NCBI GenBank assembly: GCA_964522715.1
Contig: CAZFWY010000007.1
Location: 1 to 43,182 of the forward strand
From: an uncultured Thermofilaceae archaeon
GTDB lineage: Archaea; Thermoproteota; Thermoprotei; Thermofilales; JAPDKD01
Direction: 5' to 3'
DNA length: 43,182 bases
How positions within the stretch are numbered: the first letter of the stretch is position 1; every line of letters begins with the position of its first letter. The notes below the pieces were generated by a model that saw nothing but the letters and a program-made list of their open reading frames with translations, searched no databases and was not told where the DNA came from. A program made the position numbers and the translations under genes. Below, piece by piece: positions 24,827-40,534 of the stretch.

Positions 24827-27121
24827 ATGCGCGAGGAAATGATGAAGTTCACGGTTATAGTACCAGCAGAACATAGAGATAAACTTCTAGAAGTACTCGC
24901 CAGGCTGGGACTGGTGCACTTATCCCCTAAAATTACCGAAATATCTTTACCCGCCTCCCAGCTCAGCCCCACGAAGCTAGAAACGTTAGAACAACTAAGA
25001 GGAGGCATTAATAGCATTAAAGCTTCACTAAAAAAGTTAGAAAGTGCCGTTACTGGTTTGGTTGTGCTGAGGCTTGCCGAGGAATTCGTTGAGAAGAAGG
25101 ATTTTAGCATACTGCGTAGGGCTGGCTTGCCTAAAGAAGCTATTAGCTCGATTAAAGCGGTAGTTGATAGGTTTGAGCCGTTCAAAAAGGCTAGCCCGAG
25201 CGAAGAGCTTAAGTCAGTAATAGATAGCATAGCTAAAACCTACATAATAAAAGAGATACTAGCACAAGCCGAAAAACACAAGATTGACATAGCCGCAGTA
25301 GCAGAAGTACTAGGCGAGAACGAACTATTAACTATCATTCGTGAAATAGAAAGAGTCGAGAAAGAGCACGTACACCCTGAGGTCTCTATAAAGGAGTATA
25401 GCATTGAGGGGCTAAATAAACTAATAAGAGAAAGTAACAGTACAGCGCTAACAATTGAAAAAATCACTGACGTATACGAAAGATACAGGAGGGAATGCGA
25501 AGAGCTGGCCGAGAAAGCGAGAAGAGCCGTTACTGGTTTGGTTGTGCTGAGGCTTGCCGAGGAATTCGTTGAGAAGAAGGATTTTAGCATACTGCGTAGG
25601 GCTGGCTTGCCTAAAGAAGCTATTAGCTCGATTAAAGCGGTAGTTGATAGGTTTGAGCCGTTCAAAAAGGCTAGCCCGAGCGAAGAGCTTAAGTCAGTAA
25701 TAGATAGCATAGCTAAAACCTACATAATAAAAGAGATACTAGCACAAGCCGAAAAACACAAGCTTCTGGCGAGCGGCCTCTCAATGACGGAGTATTCTGT
25801 AGATGAAATAAGAAGTAAGATCAACAGTATTACGCGATCAGCTGTCGAGTATGGACACGAATTAAACAAGACATATGCGGCTTTAAACGATTTAAGCGGT
25901 GTAATAGTTAAGGAGTTGAAAGAGCCTCTGAGAACGGTAGTTAGAGTAGTAGCTTTTGAGTCTTCCCTCGAAGCCCTCACCGAAGCCCAGGAAAACATTA
26001 AAGAATTCGACTTACTTCATGGGTTTAAGGTTTCCATAGCTGAAGGTTGGGCCCCATCCATCATTGTAAGCAAGTTTAAAGCCATGCTAAAGAACGAGTT
26101 ACCCAGCGTCATCTACTTCAGCTTTAGGAAAGCGAGACCTGGAGAACGCGTCCCTAGGCTAATGAAACGTAAAGGCCTAATGGGCTATCTCTCAAAAATT
26201 ACGCTCATGAGAGGAGTGCCAAGCTACTGGGAGATAGATCCGACGCCAATCTTCACGTTACTCTTCACGGCGATGTACGGTATGATGTTCGGAGACCTAG
26301 GACTAGGCGTGATAATCGCGCTCTTCGGCTTATTCCTACGTAAGGCTAAAGAGGGCTTCCTAGGGATGTCGGAGGCTGGCATTAATGCCCTCTCCGTTCT
26401 TTCAATCCTCTGCGGGATCTCAGCTACAATATTCGGAGCTCTCTACGGAGTTGCCTTCCTAGTCCCAGTATGGGAACCCATACTACTAAGCCCTCTCCAC
26501 GACTTATTCGAAATGATAGCAATAGCGCTAATCTTCGGCGCTATACAGCTACTCCTTTCAATGGCCTTAAACATAGTAAACCGGATTAGAATGAAAGAGT
26601 ACTTCGAAGCGATATTCGGAGCCCGAGGGTTAGCTGGCATCACCTTCTACATAGGAGGAGCCTACCTAGCCTACCACATCGTATTATCCGGTTTCAACCT
26701 CGGAGTAGCTACAAGCAGCCAGTTACTCCCAGTAACCATAACGGTACTCTCAATGATGGCGCTAGTCCCAGCATCCTCTATAATCAAGGGATTAATCACC
26801 AAGCACTCAGAAGCAGTGACACACGGAGTAATCGAACTAATCGAACTAATAGTAGAGTACCCCGCCAACTCTCTCTCATACATACGGTTAGCCGCCTTCG
26901 CTCTAGCACACGAGGCCTTCGGAATACTAGCCAAAGCCCTCGGAGAATTCATAGGTTTAACTCCCAGCCTATTATTCGCTAACCTACTAGTACTAATGAT
27001 AGAGGGCTTCGCAGTAGGTATACAAGCCCTAAGGCTTACGTACTACGAATTCTCAACCAAATTCTTCAAAGGTGAAGGCATCATCTTTAAACCAATAACC
27101 ACAACAGCAGAAACAGAATGA
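24827..27121 (+). CDS. atpI: A-type ATP synthase subunit I (a-subunit homolog), 764 aa, with an internal exact 79-aa duplication
   Basis: N-terminus MKFTVIVPAEHRDKLLEVLARLGLVHL. The C-terminal membrane domain includes YIRLAAFALAHE (conserved Arg region). Hydrophobic segments begin at about residue 470. Confidence 0.9.
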   Translation: MREEMMKFTVIVPAEHRDKLLEVLARLGLVHLSPKITEISLPASQLSPTKLETLEQLRGGINSIKASLKKLESAVTGLVVLRLAEEFVEKKDFSILRRAGLPKEAISSIKAVVDRFEPFKKASPSEELKSVIDSIAKTYIIKEILAQAEKHKIDIAAVAEVLGENELLTIIREIERVEKEHVHPEVSIKEYSIEGLNKLIRESNSTALTIEKITDVYERYRRECEELAEKARRAVTGLVVLRLAEEFVEKKDFSILRRAGLPKEAISSIKAVVDRFEPFKKASPSEELKSVIDSIAKTYIIKEILAQAEKHKLLASGLSMTEYSVDEIRSKINSITRSAVEYGHELNKTYAALNDLSGVIVKELKEPLRTVVRVVAFESSLEALTEAQENIKEFDLLHGFKVSIAEGWAPSIIVSKFKAMLKNELPSVIYFSFRKARPGERVPRLMKRKGLMGYLSKITLMRGVPSYWEIDPTPIFTLLFTAMYGMMFGDLGLGVIIALFGLFLRKAKEGFLGMSEAGINALSVLSILCGISATIFGALYGVAFLVPVWEPILLSPLHDLFEMIAIALIFGAIQLLLSMALNIVNRIRMKEYFEAIFGARGLAGITFYIGGAYLAYHIVLSGFNLGVATSSQLLPVTITVLSMMALVPASSIIKGLITKHSEAVTHGVIELIELIVEYPANSLSYIRLAAFALAHEAFGILAKALGEFIGLTPSLLFANLLVLMIEGFAVGIQALRLTYYEFSTKFFKGEGIIFKPITTTAETE
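25046..25282 (+). repeat. Direct repeat copy 1 (237 bp, 100% identical to 25526-25762), in frame within atpI
   Basis: Compared base by base in the listing. Offset is exactly 480 nt. Confidence 0.98.
25526..25762 (+). repeat. Direct repeat copy 2 (237 bp, 100% identical to 25046-25282), in frame within atpI
   Basis: Compared base by base in the listing. The flanks diverge immediately on both sides. Confidence 0.98.
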
Positions 27122-27292
27122 ATTTAAAAACGAATAAGAGATAATTTTGATAAATTTTCTACTACTGCTGCTACCCACTGCAACCACTAACTACTCACCG
27201 CTCAATATGCGAGACTTATAGTAGGAAACTACGAGAAAACGAGGCGCGGAATATTTATTAGATAACGTAGGGTAGAACGGCTGGTGTGACAC

Positions 27293-27673
27293 TTGAACAA
27301 AAAACTGAAAAGACAACTAGCGGCACTGCTGCTTGTTCTCTGCATAATCACGATTTCAGCGGCTACATTAGTCTTAGCATACGCTGAGAGTATAACTAAC
27401 GCCGTAACTGGGCTTATTACTAAAACAGAAGAGGAGCGTGGAGTAGCTGTAACGGGTATGGAGAAAGGGCTTGTAGCCTTATGCGCCGCGCTAGCAGTGA
27501 TTGCTTCTACAACAGCTTCTGCTATGGCATTAAGAATAGTTGCTTCTGCGGGCTTCGCGGCTTCGGCGGAGCGTCCAGAGCTATCTTCCTACTTATTGAT
27601 ACTGGGCGGCTTAGCTGAAGGTATAGCAATATACGGGCTTCTCGTCGCCATACTTCTCATAGGTAAAATCTAG
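27293..27673 (+). CDS. atpK: A-type ATP synthase subunit K (proteolipid c), with an N-terminal extension of about 55 aa
   Basis: Two-helix hairpin GLVALCAALAVIASTTASAMAL ... LILGGLAEGIAIYGLLVAILL with the carboxylate E in LAEG. TTG start at 27293. An internal ATG at 27458 would give a 71-aa minimal c subunit. Confidence 0.85.
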   Translation: MNKKLKRQLAALLLVLCIITISAATLVLAYAESITNAVTGLITKTEEERGVAVTGMEKGLVALCAALAVIASTTASAMALRIVASAGFAASAERPELSSYLLILGGLAEGIAIYGLLVAILLIGKI

Positions 27674-28599
27674 CCGAAAAGAAGCACACGCCTAATTTTT
27701 TCTGGAGGAAGCCCTAATTTTTTGCCTATTGTTATTCTGTGCAGATTATCTCTCTCCGCTTTTGCGAGCGTTAAATAGTAGTAAATTAGAGCTGCAGAGA
27801 ATTTCTCCTCCTCCGCTTTATTCGATAATACCTCTAGGAATTTCTCTCTCAGCTTTTTCAGCAGCAACGATATTTCGTTTTCTCTTATGAGCCTTACAGC
27901 TTCTCTATGCTCTAAACCGAGACTTCCTATGTAACCACTCAAGCTTACCTCAGATTTAACAAAGTGCGGTTTTAACCCTGTTAGCTCGTCTCTGGCTATT
28001 AAATCGATAATATCTTCCTCTCCTACAACTACCATCCAGTAAATCGCCGCTATGAAGCTCTCTAGATCTACTATTTCTCCTAAAGTTCTTCTTTCAAGAG
28101 ATGGTAGCGACTCTTTAAGGTATAAATAGTATTTAGAGTCTAGGTATAGTTCCCACGAGAGCAAGTCTTTTCTCGGGGGCTCCTGAGGGCTTATCCAATA
28201 GGGAGTCTCTAGGACGAGCCTCCACATCTCTTCTTCCTTTTTTACTTTTAACAGATCTTCTATTGGTATGAAGTGAGAGTAGGGTATGTAGATTTCGTAT
28301 CTTTCTTTTTTGCCGTAGATCTCGCGTAGCTTGATCTTAAGATTTTCAAGTTCTAGCCTGTCGGCGAACGCTGTTATAAGCCTAGTGTAGCGGCTCTTTA
28401 TCTTGGAGAGGAAGTCAAACCTGTCTACCATAACTCCATCTATTTTAGCCAACACATCCTCTAAGGGGTCATCGGGAGAGATGTGCGAGTAGGCGGGGAA
28501 TCTCCAGATTCCGTCCTCCTCCAGCAATACTTCGTAGTCCGTTTTCTTCAATAGATGTTGCAGCAAGCCGCAAACTCTAACAATAGTATACGTTTCCAT
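27670..28599 (-). CDS. atpC: A-type ATP synthase subunit C (d-subunit homolog)
   Basis: Helical protein. TYTIVRVCGLLQHLLKKTDYEVLL near the N-terminus and YYYLTLAKAERDNLHRITIGKKLGLPPEKI at the C-terminus fit the AtpC family. The ORF extends to TTG 28674; ATG 28599 is preferred. Its strand is opposite to the flanking atp genes. Confidence 0.72.
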   Translation of the reverse strand: METYTIVRVCGLLQHLLKKTDYEVLLEEDGIWRFPAYSHISPDDPLEDVLAKIDGVMVDRFDFLSKIKSRYTRLITAFADRLELENLKIKLREIYGKKERYEIYIPYSHFIPIEDLLKVKKEEEMWRLVLETPYWISPQEPPRKDLLSWELYLDSKYYLYLKESLPSLERRTLGEIVDLESFIAAIYWMVVVGEEDIIDLIARDELTGLKPHFVKSEVSLSGYIGSLGLEHREAVRLIRENEISLLLKKLREKFLEVLSNKAEEEKFSAALIYYYLTLAKAERDNLHRITIGKKLGLPPEKIRRVLLFG

Positions 28600-28828
28600 C
28601 GACGTAACCCCACGCGCACTATTAGCGGAACAACTAAACATTAAGCCCCCATAATAATTTACCGAGAAGAGCAAGGCTTTTTCTTCCTATTTTTATTCGA
28701 CCTCGCTCTTAGCAGCGGTTTCAATGAATGATGGGGTAAAAAGAAAATGGAGGAGAGGACGCGGATCACTAATGCGTAGTTGATTTATATAATTGCCAAC
28801 CTAATCTTACCCGCGAGTAAAAAGCTAA

Positions 28829-30637
28829 ATGCGGAGGAGTTCGGTCTTGGAAAGCACGAAGGTAGGCGTGGTTAATAGGGTTTACTCCGTTAGCGGGCCC
28901 GTAGTCGCAGTGAAGGGGACGGGGGTCAGCATAGGCGAAGTAGTCTATGTCGGCGAGGAGGGCCTTATAGGGGAGGTTGTAAGAGTTGCTGGTAATACGT
29001 TCACCGTGCAGGTCTACGAGTCTACGAGCGGTTTAAGGCCTGGCGAACCCGTTTATACCACTGGTAAACTGTTAACCGCCGAGCTGGGCCCCGGCCTTAT
29101 GGGTGAGATATTTGACGGTGTCCAGAGACCTTTAGAGGAAGTTCTGAAGCTTACGGGTTCGTTCGTCAGGAGGGGTGCCAGGGTTAACGCGCTTGACAGG
29201 TACAAGAAGTGGTCTTTCACTCCGTCCGTTAAGCCCGGAGAGAAGGTTGAGGAGGGAGATGTCGTCGGCACGGTGCCTGAAACCCGCTTGATAACTCACA
29301 AGGTATTGGTTCCCCCGGGAGTGCGGGGGGTGCTGAAGGAGATATATGAGGGCGACTTCACGGTCAAGGACACCATAGGGGTCGTCGAGACCCCCGACGG
29401 TCAAAAGATTGAGTTGAAATTGATGCACGAGTGGCCTGTGAGGACTCCCAGACCGTACAAGGAAAGGCTTAGTAGTGAGGTACCCCTGATAACTGGTCAG
29501 AGAGTTATAGATACGTTCTTCCCCGTGGCTAAAGGAGGGGCGGCCTGCATACCCGGCGGCTTCGGCACGGGTAAGACCGTCACTCTACACAAGGTATCAA
29601 TGTACAGCCTCTCGGACATAGTGATTTACATCGGCTGCGGGGAGAGAGGCAACGAGATAGCCGAGCTGCTCAAAGAGTTCCCAGCTCTAAGAGACCCCAA
29701 GACTGGGTACCCAATCATGGAGAGGAGCATCGTGATAGCCAACACTTCCAACATGCCAGTATCGGCGCGCGAGGCGAGCATATACATGGGGTTAACCATG
29801 GCCGAGTACTACAGAGACATGGGTTATGACGTAACCCTAATAGCAGATTCAACCTCCAGGTGGGCTGAAGCAATACGGGAGATCTCTGGAAGGCTGGGCG
29901 AAATACCCTCAGAGAGGGGGTTCCCGGCCTACCTACCCGACAGGCTTGCGGAGTTCTACGAGAGGGCTGGCCGAGTCAAGTGTCTAGGTAGGCCCGACAG
30001 GGAGGGAGCGGTAACAGCCCTAGGAGCGGTTTCACCACCTGGAGGAGACTTCACAGAGCCCGTTACTACTCACACTCTCAGGTTCGTCGGCACGATGTGG
30101 GCCTTAGACACAGATCTGGCCTACAGGAGGCACTTCCCGGCTATAAATTGGCTCAAGAGTTTCAGCCAATATGCGGAGATAGTTGAAAAGTGGTGGATGA
30201 AGGAAACCGGGCCAGATTTCCCCAAGTATAGGAAGAAGGCTTTAAGATTACTTGCGACAGCAAGCGAGATAGAGGCTATAGCCTCCATAGTCGGCGAGAG
30301 CGCGTTACCAGACGACCAACGCCTAATCTTATTAGCGGCTGAAATCCTGAGAGAGGGCTTCCTGAGACAGGTAGCGCTTGAAGGTGAAGACGTCTTCTGT
30401 CCTCCGCGCAAACAATATCTCATGCTTAAGATGATGTTAGACTTCTTTGATTGGGCCTACTACTTAGTGAGTAATAGGGTTCCTGTCGAGGAGATCGCCG
30501 ACATACCTGAGATATCAGAGATGATAAGGGTTAAAGAGGACGAGCGGGGCATAAAAGCTGTAGAGGAACTTTACGAGAGGGTTAAGTCTAGGATGGAGGC
30601 CTTAGCTAACAAGTACGATTTAACGCTCGCGAGGTGA
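28829..30637 (+). CDS. atpA: A-type ATP synthase catalytic subunit A
   Basis: Walker A GGFGTGKT, the non-homologous insert region, and [10 protein letters not shown]. 602 aa. Confidence 0.97.
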   Translation: MRRSSVLESTKVGVVNRVYSVSGPVVAVKGTGVSIGEVVYVGEEGLIGEVVRVAGNTFTVQVYESTSGLRPGEPVYTTGKLLTAELGPGLMGEIFDGVQRPLEEVLKLTGSFVRRGARVNALDRYKKWSFTPSVKPGEKVEEGDVVGTVPETRLITHKVLVPPGVRGVLKEIYEGDFTVKDTIGVVETPDGQKIELKLMHEWPVRTPRPYKERLSSEVPLITGQRVIDTFFPVAKGGAACIPGGFGTGKTVTLHKVSMYSLSDIVIYIGCGERGNEIAELLKEFPALRDPKTGYPIMERSIVIANTSNMPVSAREASIYMGLTMAEYYRDMGYDVTLIADSTSRWAEAIREISGRLGEIPSERGFPAYLPDRLAEFYERAGRVKCLGRPDREGAVTALGAVSPPGGDFTEPVTTHTLRFVGTMWALDTDLAYRRHFPAINWLKSFSQYAEIVEKWWMKETGPDFPKYRKKALRLLATASEIEAIASIVGESALPDDQRLILLAAEILREGFLRQVALEGEDVFCPPRKQYLMLKMMLDFFDWAYYLVSNRVPVEEIADIPEISEMIRVKEDERGIKAVEELYERVKSRMEALANKYDLTLAR

Positions 30638-32055
30638 GCGGGATGGAGGTAGGCGAAGTTTACTCTCTAGTTAAGGACTTTCACGGCAGGGTTTACAGAG
30701 GGGTCAGGGAGATACACGGAAACTTGATGTTCATAGATGGGGTCAGTGGGATAGGCTACGACGAAGTTGTGCGCATAGTTGGTAGCGATGGCAAGATAAG
30801 GTATGGCAGAGTGTTAGAGACTGCGGAGGGCCGCGCAGTTATACAAGTCCTAGGGGAGAAGGAGGGTCTACAAACCGACTGCTTAGTTCAGTTCACGGGG
30901 ACTACCTTCAAGATACCAGTGTCTGAAGACGTCCTGGGCAGGATGTTCAACGGGAGGTTCGAGCCTATCGACGGCCTACCACCCATAGTCTCCGGGGAGA
31001 GAAGGGAGATCACAGGGGCCCCGATAAACCCCGTAGCGAGGGAGCATCCTCATGACTTCATCCAGACAGGCATATCCGCAATAGACGGCATGCTAAGCCT
31101 GGTCAGGGGGCAGAAACTACCTATATTCAGTATCTCAGGCCTGCCCCACAATATCATAGCTGCCCAGATAGCCAGGCAGGCCACAGTGAGGGGTAAAGAA
31201 GAGGAGTTCGCTGTGGTCTTCGCCGGTATAGGTCTTAGGAGCGCTGAGGCTGAGTACTTCATAAGGGAACTCAGAGAGTCGGGGGCTATCGAGAGGTCTG
31301 TGGCTATCCTAAACCTAGCCGACGACCCAGCTGTGGAGAGGCTGATGACTCCGAGAATAGCCCTAACCGTAGCCGAGTACTTGGCCTTCGACTTAGGTAT
31401 GCACGTACTAGTGCTACTTACGGACATGACCAATTATTGTGAAGCTCTTAGGGAGGTAAGCGCGGCTAGGAGGGAGATACCCGGTAGGATGGGCTACCCC
31501 GGCTACATGTACTCGGACTTAGCTTCGATATACGAGAGGGCTGGCATAATCAAGGGTAAGCCGGGCAGTATAACCCTGCTAGCCATACTCACGATGCCCG
31601 GCGGAGACCTCAGACACCCCATACCAGACCTCACAGGGTACATCACGGAGGGCCAGATAATCCTAAGCCAGGAACTCTACGCTAAGGGCATATACCCACC
31701 CATAAACGTACTGCCCAGCCTCAGCAGGCTCATGAAGGCCGGGGTCGGGCCCGGGAGGACTAGGGAAGACCACAAGTACGTCTCAGACCAGCTCTACGAC
31801 GCCTACTCTAGGGGTATGAGGGCTAGGGATCTAGCCAAGATAGTGGGCGAGGCTGGCCTTAGCGAGAGGATGAGGAGGTTCCTGAAGTTCGCGGACAAGT
31901 TCGAAGAGGTATTCCTGTCCCAAGACCCCTACGAGAACAGGAGCGTGGAGGAGACACTCGACAGGGGATGGGAAGCCCTATCTGTGCTCCCGAAGGAAGA
32001 ACTCGTGAGGATACCTGAAGACCTGATAAAGAAGTACTACCGCCGAGCGGGATAG
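30634..32055 (+). CDS. atpB: A-type ATP synthase subunit B
   Basis: Conserved blocks [27 protein letters not shown] and [15 protein letters not shown]. Overlaps the atpA stop by 4 nt. Confidence 0.97.
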   Translation: MSGMEVGEVYSLVKDFHGRVYRGVREIHGNLMFIDGVSGIGYDEVVRIVGSDGKIRYGRVLETAEGRAVIQVLGEKEGLQTDCLVQFTGTTFKIPVSEDVLGRMFNGRFEPIDGLPPIVSGERREITGAPINPVAREHPHDFIQTGISAIDGMLSLVRGQKLPIFSISGLPHNIIAAQIARQATVRGKEEEFAVVFAGIGLRSAEAEYFIRELRESGAIERSVAILNLADDPAVERLMTPRIALTVAEYLAFDLGMHVLVLLTDMTNYCEALREVSAARREIPGRMGYPGYMYSDLASIYERAGIIKGKPGSITLLAILTMPGGDLRHPIPDLTGYITEGQIILSQELYAKGIYPPINVLPSLSRLMKAGVGPGRTREDHKYVSDQLYDAYSRGMRARDLAKIVGEAGLSERMRRFLKFADKFEEVFLSQDPYENRSVEETLDRGWEALSVLPKEELVRIPEDLIKKYYRRAG

Positions 32056-32063
32056 GTGTAATT

Positions 32064-32678
32064 ATGTCGATATCCTCCCTCGGCTACTTGCCGGCCTCTC
32101 GAGGAACGCTCCTAGCTCTCAGGAACAAGCTACAGCTAGTTAAAAGGGGCAAAGAGATACTGGAGATGAGGAGAGACCAGTTAGTGGGCGAGGTATTTCG
32201 TTTAATAGAGAAATTGAGAGAGAGGGGCGAGATTGAGAAGAGATACATCGAGGCCCTAGCCAAAATAGCCGAGCTTAGGGTATATAGGGGAGAGCAGGAG
32301 TTCCGATCAATAATAGGCCTGGTCAAGCCGCCGGAGATAGAGATCCTTCTGATAAGCATACAGGGGGTAGCAGTACCCCAGGCGAAGATAACCGAGGAGC
32401 CGGACTTCTCCCTGATCAAAGACCCTGAGTACAGGAAGGCCTTAGAGGACTTATGGGTTTCGCTTAAAGAACTTATTGAGATGTCTAATATAGAAATGGC
32501 TATTGAAAGACTTGTCGAGCAGCTTTCCTACATAAATAGAGTGGTTAATAGCTTGGAGAAGAACATCATACCGTCGCTGGAGGACGCCATTAGGTACATA
32601 GGGGAGAAGCTGGACGAGGAAATGCTCGGTGAGCATATAAGGATAATGAAGATAAGAGAGACTAGGGGAGGGCACTAA
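32064..32678 (+). CDS. atpD: A-type ATP synthase subunit D (central stalk)
   Basis: RGTLLALRNKLQLVKRGKEILEMRRDQL is the typical subunit D N-terminus. 204 aa. Confidence 0.9.
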   Translation: MSISSLGYLPASRGTLLALRNKLQLVKRGKEILEMRRDQLVGEVFRLIEKLRERGEIEKRYIEALAKIAELRVYRGEQEFRSIIGLVKPPEIEILLISIQGVAVPQAKITEEPDFSLIKDPEYRKALEDLWVSLKELIEMSNIEMAIERLVEQLSYINRVVNSLEKNIIPSLEDAIRYIGEKLDEEMLGEHIRIMKIRETRGGH

Positions 32679-32700
32679 CCCAATTTTTACCATTCCCTTT

Positions 32701-32721
32701 AAAATGACCTTAAGTCATTTT
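32701..32721 (+). terminator. Hairpin AAAATGAC-cttaa-GTCATTTT flanked by T-rich tracts, 22 nt after the atpD stop
   Basis: The 8-bp inverted repeat is read directly. T-runs cccttt and ttttatat flank it (archaeal termination usually occurs at oligo-T). Confidence 0.3.
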
Positions 32722-32862
32722 ATATCCTTCACTAAATATGTACTTCAAAACTCTAAAGAAAGGAATACGTATTAGACAGGTGTAGTGAAAAATTATAGTC
32801 ATAAATACAAAATGCCAAACCTTTATTACCTAGTCCCCGTGATATATACCATGTGGTCATAA

Positions 32863-33048
32863 ATGCCTAAGAGAGTTAAAGCGAAAGTCGTAATTAATGC
32901 ATTAAAGTGCACAGCAGAATACGACGTAGAAGTCCCCTCAAAAGCGTTCATTGACATACTGCGCCACCTACTCATAGAAGTGAAGATGCCAGACAGGAAC
33001 ACTAGCTTAGCCGACGTGATCGACATAGAACTCCAGGAAAAAGCTTAA
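32863..33048 (+). CDS. Hypothetical small protein (61 aa)
   Basis: ATG ORF in an AT-rich spacer between atpD and leuS. No motif recognised. Confidence 0.3.
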   Translation: MPKRVKAKVVINALKCTAEYDVEVPSKAFIDILRHLLIEVKMPDRNTSLADVIDIELQEKA

Positions 33049-33273
33049 TCTAATCGTTTATCTCGCACATCTACCCAGCATTTCTGGGGGAGTAACTTCT
33101 CAATTCTCAGTGTCTCCTCTTCACGGGTAGCAATTTCATAGAGTTTATCGCAATTTCCCTAAAACTCCCACTCTTGTTAAGCTTGACTCCGAGCGGTATC
33201 AGGCTATGCATTGTAGGCTCAGATAGATAGAAAACTATAAAAGCCATGTGATTGTTTAGCTCGAACGTAACGG

Positions 33274-38555
<5,282 letters not shown>

Positions 38556-38574
38556 CGCCGCGAAGGTGTAGCCC

Positions 38575-38814
38575 GTGTTCCCGATAACTACGGTCATAGT
38601 CATGGAGTTAGAGAGGCGTAGAGGGTCGGCTAAGGATAACGAGTTATTCGAGGCTGTCAGGGAGATTTTGAAGTCATCACGTGGGGAACTCTCCCAGACG
38701 GAGTTTAACAAGGCTTTGATGAAGCTTGAGCTGAGAGGAATAGTAAGAGTAGAGCCTTTAAGGAAGAACGTAAAAATAGTATACTTAGTGAGCGGGAACA
38801 AGAGGCATTCGTGA
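38575..38814 (+). CDS. Small winged-helix-like protein
   Basis: 79-aa ORF (GTG 38575; ATG 38602 gives 70 aa). LSQTEFNKALMKLELRGIVRVEPL resembles a wHTH recognition helix plus wing. Confidence 0.5.
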   Translation: MFPITTVIVMELERRRGSAKDNELFEAVREILKSSRGELSQTEFNKALMKLELRGIVRVEPLRKNVKIVYLVSGNKRHS

Positions 38815-38825
38815 GGCGATAGAAA

Positions 38826-39866
38826 GTGGGGGTAAACCTTAGGGATTTAGTAGCCCCCGTGAAAACCACAGTTGAACTCTCATCTCTCTCGGGTAAAGCC
38901 GTGGCCATAGACGCCTATAACGCCCTCTACCAGTTTCTAGCCATAATAAGGCAGAGAGACGGCACCCCCCTCATGGACTCGTACGGGCGTATCACGAGCC
39001 ATCTTAACGGTCTCTTCTACAGGACTATCAACCTGATAGAGGCGGGGCTGAAACCCGTATACGTGTTCGACGGTAAACCACCCGAGATAAAAGCAGCCGA
39101 ACTGGCTAAGAGGCTCCAACAGAAAGAACTCGCCAAGATAAAGTACGAGGAGGCCCTAGCTCGCGGAGACCTGGAGGAGGCCAGAATATACGCCCAGCAA
39201 ACCTCCATGCTGTTGAAGCCCATGGTGGAAGACGCCAAGAAACTCTTGGACTACATGGGGATACCCTGGGTTCAAGCTCCGAGTGAGGGGGAGGCCCAAG
39301 CAGCTTACATGTGTAGGAAGGGGGATGTGTGGGCGTCTGCGAGCCAAGACTACGACTCCCTCCTCTTCGGGACGACAAGGCTTGTTAGGAACCTAACGAT
39401 AACTGGCAGGCGTAAGTTGCCCAGGAAGAATGTATACGTCGAGGTGAAACCCGAGATAATAGTGCTAGACGAGGTCTTGAAGTACCACGGCATAACTCGC
39501 GAGCAACTAGTGTACATAGCCCTGCTGATAGGTACCGACTACAACCCAAAGGGGGTCAGGGGGGTAGGCATTAAGAGAGCGTTAAAACTCGTTAAGGAGC
39601 TCGGCTCCCTCGACGCTATTCTGAAAGCTCTCAACAACCCGGAGTTCCCCGCAGACCCCCACGAGATAGCCAAGATATTCCTAGAGCCCGAAGTAACGGA
39701 CGACTATAGGGTTGAGTGGAGGGAGCCAGACCCCGACAAGATAAGAGAGTTCCTCTGCGAGGAGAGGTCTTTCTCGCCTAAACGCGTCGATGGAGCCATA
39801 GAGCGTCTCACTAAGGCTTACGAGAAGACGTTCAGACAGGCCAGCCTAGAAGCGTGGTTCGGTTGA
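38826..39866 (+). CDS. fen: Flap endonuclease 1 (FEN-1)
   Basis: MGVNLRDLV...[12 protein letters not shown]...[10 protein letters not shown]3TH region [20 protein letters not shown], and C-terminal PIP-like QASLEAWF. Confidence 0.95.
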   Translation: MGVNLRDLVAPVKTTVELSSLSGKAVAIDAYNALYQFLAIIRQRDGTPLMDSYGRITSHLNGLFYRTINLIEAGLKPVYVFDGKPPEIKAAELAKRLQQKELAKIKYEEALARGDLEEARIYAQQTSMLLKPMVEDAKKLLDYMGIPWVQAPSEGEAQAAYMCRKGDVWASASQDYDSLLFGTTRLVRNLTITGRRKLPRKNVYVEVKPEIIVLDEVLKYHGITREQLVYIALLIGTDYNPKGVRGVGIKRALKLVKELGSLDAILKALNNPEFPADPHEIAKIFLEPEVTDDYRVEWREPDPDKIREFLCEERSFSPKRVDGAIERLTKAYEKTFRQASLEAWFG

Positions 39867-40534
39867 CCGTGGACTACGCCGAGCTGAGGAGGGAGCTCGT
39901 AGAGAGGCTGGAATGGCTAGGGGTAATACGCACCGAGAAGGTTAAGAAAGCCTTTTTAAAAGTTCCCCGGGAACTCTTTGTCCTCCCGAGCTACAGGAGG
40001 GAGGCCTACGAGGACACGCCACTACCCATACTAGAGGGTCAAACCATATCCGCGCCCCACATGTGCGCCATAATGTGCGAAGCCCTAGACCTAAACCCCG
40101 GAGACAAACTACTCGAAATAGGTACAGGGAGCGGCTACCACATAGCCCTCTGCGCGGAGATAATACAGGGTGATAAAGACGCGTCTAACGGTATCTTAGT
40201 AACCGTGGAGATATACCCCAAGCTGGCGAAGTTCGCCAAGGAAAACCTGGAGAAGGCTGGCTACGGCGCCCTGGTAAATATCGTAGTGGCTGACGGTAGC
40301 CTAGGAGCCCCGACGCGTATCTCATTCGACAAAATACTAGTTACGGCTGCAGCCCCAGAGATGCCTCCCTCACTAATAGAGCAGTTGAACCCCGGGGGCC
40401 GTCTTATCATACCTGTCGGCAGGTTCTACCAAGACCTAAAACTAGTAATTAAGGGAGCGGGCGGCGAGATACACGTTAAGAGCCTCGGGGGCTGCGTCTT
40501 CGTACCCCTAAAGGGCGAGTACGGAGTAAAGTAA
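39854..40534 (+). CDS. pcm: Protein-L-isoaspartate O-methyltransferase
   Basis: [12 protein letters not shown], the SAM motif [10 protein letters not shown], and RLIIPVG. Confidence 0.92.
   Translation: MVRLTVDYAELRRELVERLEWLGVIRTEKVKKAFLKVPRELFVLPSYRREAYEDTPLPILEGQTISAPHMCAIMCEALDLNPGDKLLEIGTGSGYHIALCAEIIQGDKDASNGILVTVEIYPKLAKFAKENLEKAGYGALVNIVVADGSLGAPTRISFDKILVTAAAPEMPPSLIEQLNPGGRLIIPVGRFYQDLKLVIKGAGGEIHVKSLGGCVFVPLKGEYGVK

Noticed and set aside
24778-25710. Two minus-strand ORFs (150 and 156 aa) with identical N-termini (MLSITDLSSSLGLAFLNGSNLS...)
   Set aside because: They are antisense shadows of the duplicated atpI segment. They are Ser/Leu-rich, lie fully inside a well-supported gene, and their identity simply mirrors the 237-bp repeat.
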